Positions 52,155 through 56,878 of a DNA stretch of 56,878 nt are shown piece after piece. Every line of letters begins with the position of its first letter. The first letter of the stretch is position 1. The position numbers were made by a program, and so were the translations under genes. The notes beneath the pieces were generated by a model, which did not search any database, was not told where the DNA came from, and saw only the letters and a program-made list of their open reading frames with translations. The DNA is from Candidatus Omnitrophota bacterium (lineage in GTDB: Bacteria > Omnitrophota > Omnitrophia > Omnitrophales > Aquincolibacteriaceae), in assembly GCA_049324575.1 (NCBI GenBank), contig JBMONI010000020.1:1-56878 (forward strand), given 5' to 3'.

Positions 52155-55100
52155 GACCCTCCTCGTCGGCCCTGCCGGCTCCGGCAAGACCCACACCCTT
52201 CTTGACGAATTCCACCGCGAACTTCAGACCTCTTCGACCCCGCTTTCCGCGGACAGTTTTTTTCTTCTTCCTTCGGCCGAACACGTGGGCCGCATCGCTT
52301 CGCGGATCATCCAGCGCGGGATCCCCGGTTTTTTTCACCGCCGTGTGACGACTTTTAGCCGCTTGATCGAGGAGCTTTTCTCCGGCGGGGAGGGGGCTTT
52401 CGCGACGAGTGTCCAGCGCTATTTGATCCTGAAAGAAGTGCTCGAAAAGAAAAGCGGTCCTTTTTTCGGCCCCGTCAAGAGCGCGCCGGGTTTTATCCAC
52501 CGCCTGCTTTCTTTTATTTCCGAGCTCAAAGAATCCCGGGTCCGGGCGCCTCTTTTCAGAGAAAAAATGAAGGTTCTTGGAAAAGAGGTCCCGGAATTCG
52601 GGGACAAGTACAAGGAACTGGCCGATCTCTATGATCAGTATGAAAAAACGCTCGCGGAACACGGATTGAAAGACCGTCAAGACCTGCTTTTTTCGGCTGA
52701 GATGTTTCAGCCGCCCGCGAGACGTTTTAAAAAGATATGGATCGACGGGTTCTACGATTTTTCGGGTCTTCAGTTCGCCTATCTTGAAAAACTTCTGGCC
52801 GTGACGGACGAGGTCACTATGACCCTGACCCTGGACCCTGCGCGGGAACGCGAACCCCTTTTCCGGCCTCTCCTTGAAACGCAAAAAAACCTCATGGGGC
52901 TCGGCTTTCAAGTGCGTGAAATCAAAAGGTTGTCTTCGGTCCGAGTTTTCTCGCCGGCCCTTGCGGCGATCGAGGCCGGACTTTTTACGTCCGGGGAGTC
53001 CCCGGCGGCGCTTTCTGCGGACGGCGTCGAGATCTTTGAAGCGGTCGGACTCGAGGGCGAGGTCGAAATGATCGCGCGCACGATCGAGCGGATGATGAAA
53101 CAAGGGGATCACCGCTTCAGCGATTTTGCCGTCCTGCTCAGACGGATCGGCGACTATCAGCCTGTGATCCGTTCGGTCTTTTCTCGCTACACAATTCCTG
53201 TTGAGATCCATGAGCGCGAACGTCTTTCCTGTGCGCCTGCGATTCAGGCCATCAGCGGCCTTCTTCGCATTTTTTGCGACGGGTGGAAACGGGAGGACTT
53301 GATGGGATTTCTCCGGTCCTCTTATGTGCGCTCGCTCGGGGACGCGGCGAAGGTCTCTGCGGAGATCTGCGCACTTGAGCACCGGGCGATCGTTCAAGGA
53401 ATCTTCGAAGGAAGGACGGCCTGGACGGCTTTTGGGGGCGGCGATGCCGGAAAGGGGGCCGGGGAAGCGGTCTTTGGCTTGTTGGCGTCCGTGGAGGACG
53501 AATTAAGGGGTGCGGGAAGCTCCGAAGCGTTCATCGAATGCCTGCGCCGCCATGTGTTCAAAACCTTCGGAATCTTTGAAAGGGCCGATGGGTTCACCGA
53601 TGTCATCCGGCGGGATGCCGCCGCTGAGTGCCGTTTTGAGACGGTACTCGAGGAGATCGAACTCTCTTTCCGTCGCGGCTGTCAGACACCCGTCATCACG
53701 CTTGAAGCGTTCGCGGAAAGGTTCTTCCGCCTGGTCGAGCTCGACCTTTTCTCACTGCATGAACGCGGGACCAACAAGGTTCAGGTTTACGACGTATCCC
53801 TTGCGCGGCAAAAGGAATACCGCGTGGTTTTCCTGGCGGGACTGCTTGAGAAACACTTTCCCGTTCAATTCCGCGAAGACGCGCTTTTGTCCGATGCCGA
53901 ACGGAAGCTCTTCAATCGCGGATCCTCCCTTTGGCTTGAAGAGAAGCTCGCGCAGCAGGCGACCGAACGATATCTTTTTTATCTCGCGGTCACGCGGGCG
54001 CGAGAAAAGCTTTTTTTGAGCTATCCCTATACCGATCTCGACGGAAACGAGGAACTGCCTTCCTACTATGTGGAAGAAGTCCGCAGGGTCTTTGGAGCTT
54101 CCGAGCCCGCGGTGCGCCGGCAGGAGCTATCCCGGCCCTATCCGGGGATCGAGCAGGCGGTCAATGAGCATGAGCTTGAGATAGCGCTTCTGGGAAGCCT
54201 TGCAGCGGGTCCCCGAGAAAACTCCGAAGAGGAACGGATAGCGGTCGTTTTGCTGAATGAACTTTTGAAGCGTCCTGCGAGCCGTGAGCGGTTTTGCCGG
54301 GCCTTTTATGAGATTCCAAGCGCTTTAACCGACCCGCGCATCCGCGCCTTGGGGGTCTTTTTGCGCGATCCGATGAGCGCATCCCGTTTTGAAGATTACG
54401 CCAAATGCCCTTTTGCTTATTACGCCGAGCGGGTGTTGCAACTTAAAGATCCCGAAGAGGACCTGAATGCGGCGACGCGGGGAACGGTCCTGCATGAAGT
54501 CCTTGAAGCTTGTTTCAACGACTGGAGCCGGGACAAGACTTGGGGGCGCGATCTTGACCGGGCGGTCCGATCGGCAAAAGACCATCTCGAGGCGACGCTC
54601 AAAAAGCATTCTTTTCGTTATGAGAAACTTTTCCAAAAGGCGCTCGAGCGCGAAGATCTCGAGCGCATTCTTGAACATTTCTTGCTCCGGGAACTGGAGC
54701 GTCTCGCCGAAGCGCCTTTCCGGCCGAGTCAATTCGAATGGAGTTTTGGCGACAAGGGGGACCGGGCCGGGCCATTGGAATTTTCCGGCGAAGGCCGGAA
54801 GATCCGTTTACGAGGGAGGGCCGATCGCGTGGACGTTGATTCCTCCGGCAAACTGGCCATCGTCATGGATTATAAGACCAATGCGATTTTTAAAAAGAAA
54901 ACGCTGGCCTCCGGAATTGCGCTCCAGCTTCCTTTGTACCTTTTGGCCGTTGAGAAATGGCTCGGACTCAAGCCGGTGGCGGGGCTCATCTACAATTTGC
55001 AAAAGGCGCGATTGAATGGATTCTACCATGAAGACCATAAGGGGCTTTTCCCGGAAGCCTCTTCCCAGGCGCCATTCTATTCCGAAGAGGAATTCCGGGA

Positions 55101-55296
55101 GGTCCTCGACCTCGCGCGGCGTTTTGTCCTTCGCTTTGCTGCGGACATGGAAGCGATGGCGATCCCGGTCAAGCCGCGCGAATGCCGGGATGGATGCTCT
55201 TTTGCGGCGGTCTGCCGCATCGAGAAATGGAAGATACCGTATTTCAAATTGGAGCATGAACGGGAGGACGCGGCGTGGCGGAAACGATCAGCCTGA
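52144..55296 (+). CDS. addB: ATP-dependent helicase/nuclease subunit B (AddB/RexB)
   Basis: GPAGSGKT, IDGFYDF, ERYLFYLAVTRAREKL.LSY, PSYY, CPF plus C-terminal CRDGCSFAAVC Fe-S staple, RGRADRVD...DYKT nuclease. Confidence 0.88.
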   Translation: MKNRTLLVGPAGSGKTHTLLDEFHRELQTSSTPLSADSFFLLPSAEHVGRIASRIIQRGIPGFFHRRVTTFSRLIEELFSGGEGAFATSVQRYLILKEVLEKKSGPFFGPVKSAPGFIHRLLSFISELKESRVRAPLFREKMKVLGKEVPEFGDKYKELADLYDQYEKTLAEHGLKDRQDLLFSAEMFQPPARRFKKIWIDGFYDFSGLQFAYLEKLLAVTDEVTMTLTLDPAREREPLFRPLLETQKNLMGLGFQVREIKRLSSVRVFSPALAAIEAGLFTSGESPAALSADGVEIFEAVGLEGEVEMIARTIERMMKQGDHRFSDFAVLLRRIGDYQPVIRSVFSRYTIPVEIHERERLSCAPAIQAISGLLRIFCDGWKREDLMGFLRSSYVRSLGDAAKVSAEICALEHRAIVQGIFEGRTAWTAFGGGDAGKGAGEAVFGLLASVEDELRGAGSSEAFIECLRRHVFKTFGIFERADGFTDVIRRDAAAECRFETVLEEIELSFRRGCQTPVITLEAFAERFFRLVELDLFSLHERGTNKVQVYDVSLARQKEYRVVFLAGLLEKHFPVQFREDALLSDAERKLFNRGSSLWLEEKLAQQATERYLFYLAVTRAREKLFLSYPYTDLDGNEELPSYYVEEVRRVFGASEPAVRRQELSRPYPGIEQAVNEHELEIALLGSLAAGPRENSEEERIAVVLLNELLKRPASRERFCRAFYEIPSALTDPRIRALGVFLRDPMSASRFEDYAKCPFAYYAERVLQLKDPEEDLNAATRGTVLHEVLEACFNDWSRDKTWGRDLDRAVRSAKDHLEATLKKHSFRYEKLFQKALEREDLERILEHFLLRELERLAEAPFRPSQFEWSFGDKGDRAGPLEFSGEGRKIRLRGRADRVDVDSSGKLAIVMDYKTNAIFKKKTLASGIALQLPLYLLAVEKWLGLKPVAGLIYNLQKARLNGFYHEDHKGLFPEASSQAPFYSEEEFREVLDLARRFVLRFAADMEAMAIPVKPRECRDGCSFAAVCRIEKWKIPYFKLEHEREDAAWRKRSA

Positions 55297-56878
55297 ATGA
55301 AGACCAGAAGCGCGCGGTGACCTTTTCGGGGCGGAACCTTCTTGTTTCGGCGGGTGCCGGGACGGGGAAGACGCGCGTTCTCGTGGAAAGGTTTTTGTAT
55401 TTTGTGACCGAGCAGCGGGTCCCGGTCGACCGGATCCTGGCCTTGACCTATACGGAAAAGGCCGCCAATGAAATGAGGTCCCGCATTCAAAAACGCTTGC
55501 GCGAACTGGGACGCGAAGAAGACCTCCGCGGACTGGAGTCTGCCTATATTTCCACGATCCATGCTTTCTGCGCCCGGCTTTTGAAAGAACACCCGGTCGA
55601 GGCCGGTGTGGATCCGGAGTTCCGCGTCGCGGAAGAGGAGACCGCGGATTTTTTGATCGCGCAAAGCATGGCCGAGGTGTGCGAAAGTCTCTGCGGTACC
55701 GACCGGGAAATCTTTGACCTCCTTCGCGCTTTCGGTCAGGAAAAGATCACCCACGGGATCCTGAAGGTCCTGACGGCCGCAAAGCGGGAGGCCAGGACCT
55801 TGGAAGAATATTTTGCGGTTTATCCCGCGGCTTCTCCCGGAAAAAAGACCTTCGAGAAGGTCTCTTCGCTTCTGCGGGAGCTGGGAGCCGAGGACCGGAT
55901 CCCGGACTGGGAGGTTTTTTTAAAGGACGAGGACTGGGATTGGAAAAAGATCACGGACTACAAAAACTGGCAGAAGGGATTTTCAAGGAACAAGAAGACG
56001 CCGTGGCCGGAGGTCAAAGAGCTTGTCCGGGAGCTTCTTGAGCTTCGCCTCTTTCCGCACGTCCTGCGGTCGCGGAAAGTCTTCGAGAGACTCGCCATTG
56101 CGTTCGAAGCGCATTATGAGAAAAAAAAGAACGAGCAGGGGCTGCTCGATTTCGAAGACTTGCAGGTGCGTGCGCTGCGCATGCTGGAACGGCCGGACAA
56201 GGCTTCCCGGCGCCTTTACGGCGACCTGCGAAAGAAATTCAACCAGGTCCTGGTCGACGAATTTCAGGACACCGACCCGCTTCAGCTTCGTTTGATCGAA
56301 ACGATCTCCTCCGGGACCAACCTGCTTCTGGTGGGAGATTACAAGCAATCCATTTACCGCTTTCGCGGAGCGGAGCCGTCCCTTTTTCTTGCCCAAGAGC
56401 GGCGCTACCGCAAACAAGATGCGGGGGAACGGATGACGCTTGCGAAGAATTTCCGAAGCCGGCCGGAGGTGCTGGAATTCGTGAACGGTTTGTTCGGACG
56501 TCTGTGGGGCGGGGCCGGGACGTTTTATGAGCCGCTTGAGGCGGTGCGGGAGGGTTGGGGGAAAACGGCGGTTGAATCGATCGTGATCGAAGCGGAAGAA
56601 GAAGAGGACGAGAGTCTCGATGCCGGACGGATGCGGGAAGCGGAAGCGATCGCGCGCCGGATCCTTGCTTTGACCGAGGAAGGGGTGGATTACGGGGAGA
56701 TAGCGGTACTTTTTCCGGCCGTTTCCCAGCTGGGGATCTACGAACAGGCGTTCCGTCAGCACGGGATCCCGTATTACGCGGTTTCGGGTCGCGGGTTTTA
56801 TCATCAGCCGGAGATCCGCGATATCACGAGCTATCTTTCGTTTCTTGAGGATCCGGCCCGGGATGTGGCCGTGGCGGC
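55275..56878 (+). CDS. addA: ATP-dependent helicase/nuclease subunit A (AddA, UvrD-like), 3'-truncated; missing from the ORF track because it has no stop in the window
   Basis: From GTG 55275: LNEDQKRAV, VSAGAGTGKT, ILALTYTEKAANEM, ISTIHAFC, LLDFEDL, LVDEFQDT, VGDYKQSIYRFRGA, NFRS. Confidence 0.92.
   Translation, partial: MAETISLNEDQKRAVTFSGRNLLVSAGAGTGKTRVLVERFLYFVTEQRVPVDRILALTYTEKAANEMRSRIQKRLRELGREEDLRGLESAYISTIHAFCARLLKEHPVEAGVDPEFRVAEEETADFLIAQSMAEVCESLCGTDREIFDLLRAFGQEKITHGILKVLTAAKREARTLEEYFAVYPAASPGKKTFEKVSSLLRELGAEDRIPDWEVFLKDEDWDWKKITDYKNWQKGFSRNKKTPWPEVKELVRELLELRLFPHVLRSRKVFERLAIAFEAHYEKKKNEQGLLDFEDLQVRALRMLERPDKASRRLYGDLRKKFNQVLVDEFQDTDPLQLRLIETISSGTNLLLVGDYKQSIYRFRGAEPSLFLAQERRYRKQDAGERMTLAKNFRSRPEVLEFVNGLFGRLWGGAGTFYEPLEAVREGWGKTAVESIVIEAEEEEDESLDAGRMREAEAIARRILALTEEGVDYGEIAVLFPAVSQLGIYEQAFRQHGIPYYAVSGRGFYHQPEIRDITSYLSFLEDPARDVAVA

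Overview
A 56.9-kb GC-rich bacterial chromosomal window with no rRNA, tRNA, CRISPR array, integrase or transposase that I can see. Gene content and style suggest Omnitrophota (PVC superphylum); this is inference only. Contents in order: (1) 1-12041, an MSHA-like type IV pilus/T2SS locus: pseudopilin, PilB/GspE, PilC, major pilin, PilM-PilN fusion, PilO, PilP-like, ExeA-like ATPase, ExeB-like, secretin, two small exported proteins and a convergent pilT. (2) 12305-28247, housekeeping genes: Ahb-like, thiC, nadA, ispG, mqnE, DUF4438-like, greA, DMT, MDR oxidoreductase, nth, diguanylate cyclase, trxA, radical SAM, LacD-type aldolase, aldo-keto reductase. (3) 28724-38224, a 3166-aa orphan giant protein, the most striking object here. 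It has a Sec signal, an N-terminal domain with TraB/Tiki/ChaN/RRSP-like metallo-hydrolase motifs, and nine unrelated modules plus a terminal domain separated by ten copies of an R-A-E-x-R motif. The modules include membrane segments, an internal Tat-lipoprotein signal and a Macro-like domain. This suggests a modular, possibly self-processing polyprotein built by cassette shuffling. (4) 38543-56878, housekeeping genes: MoeB-rhodanese, AsmA-like, era, panE, HAD, htpX, ferredoxin, kinase-dCMP deaminase fusion, ispH, glutaredoxin, TPR-K+ channel, FolM-like, QueD-like, addB, partial addA. Several small palindromic repeat families are scattered through the window: a 92-bp element in two copies, heptanucleotide-periodic hairpins (two of them in-frame inside the giant gene) and a GTAG REP-like hairpin. 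All functional calls come from visual motif recognition; no database search was run.
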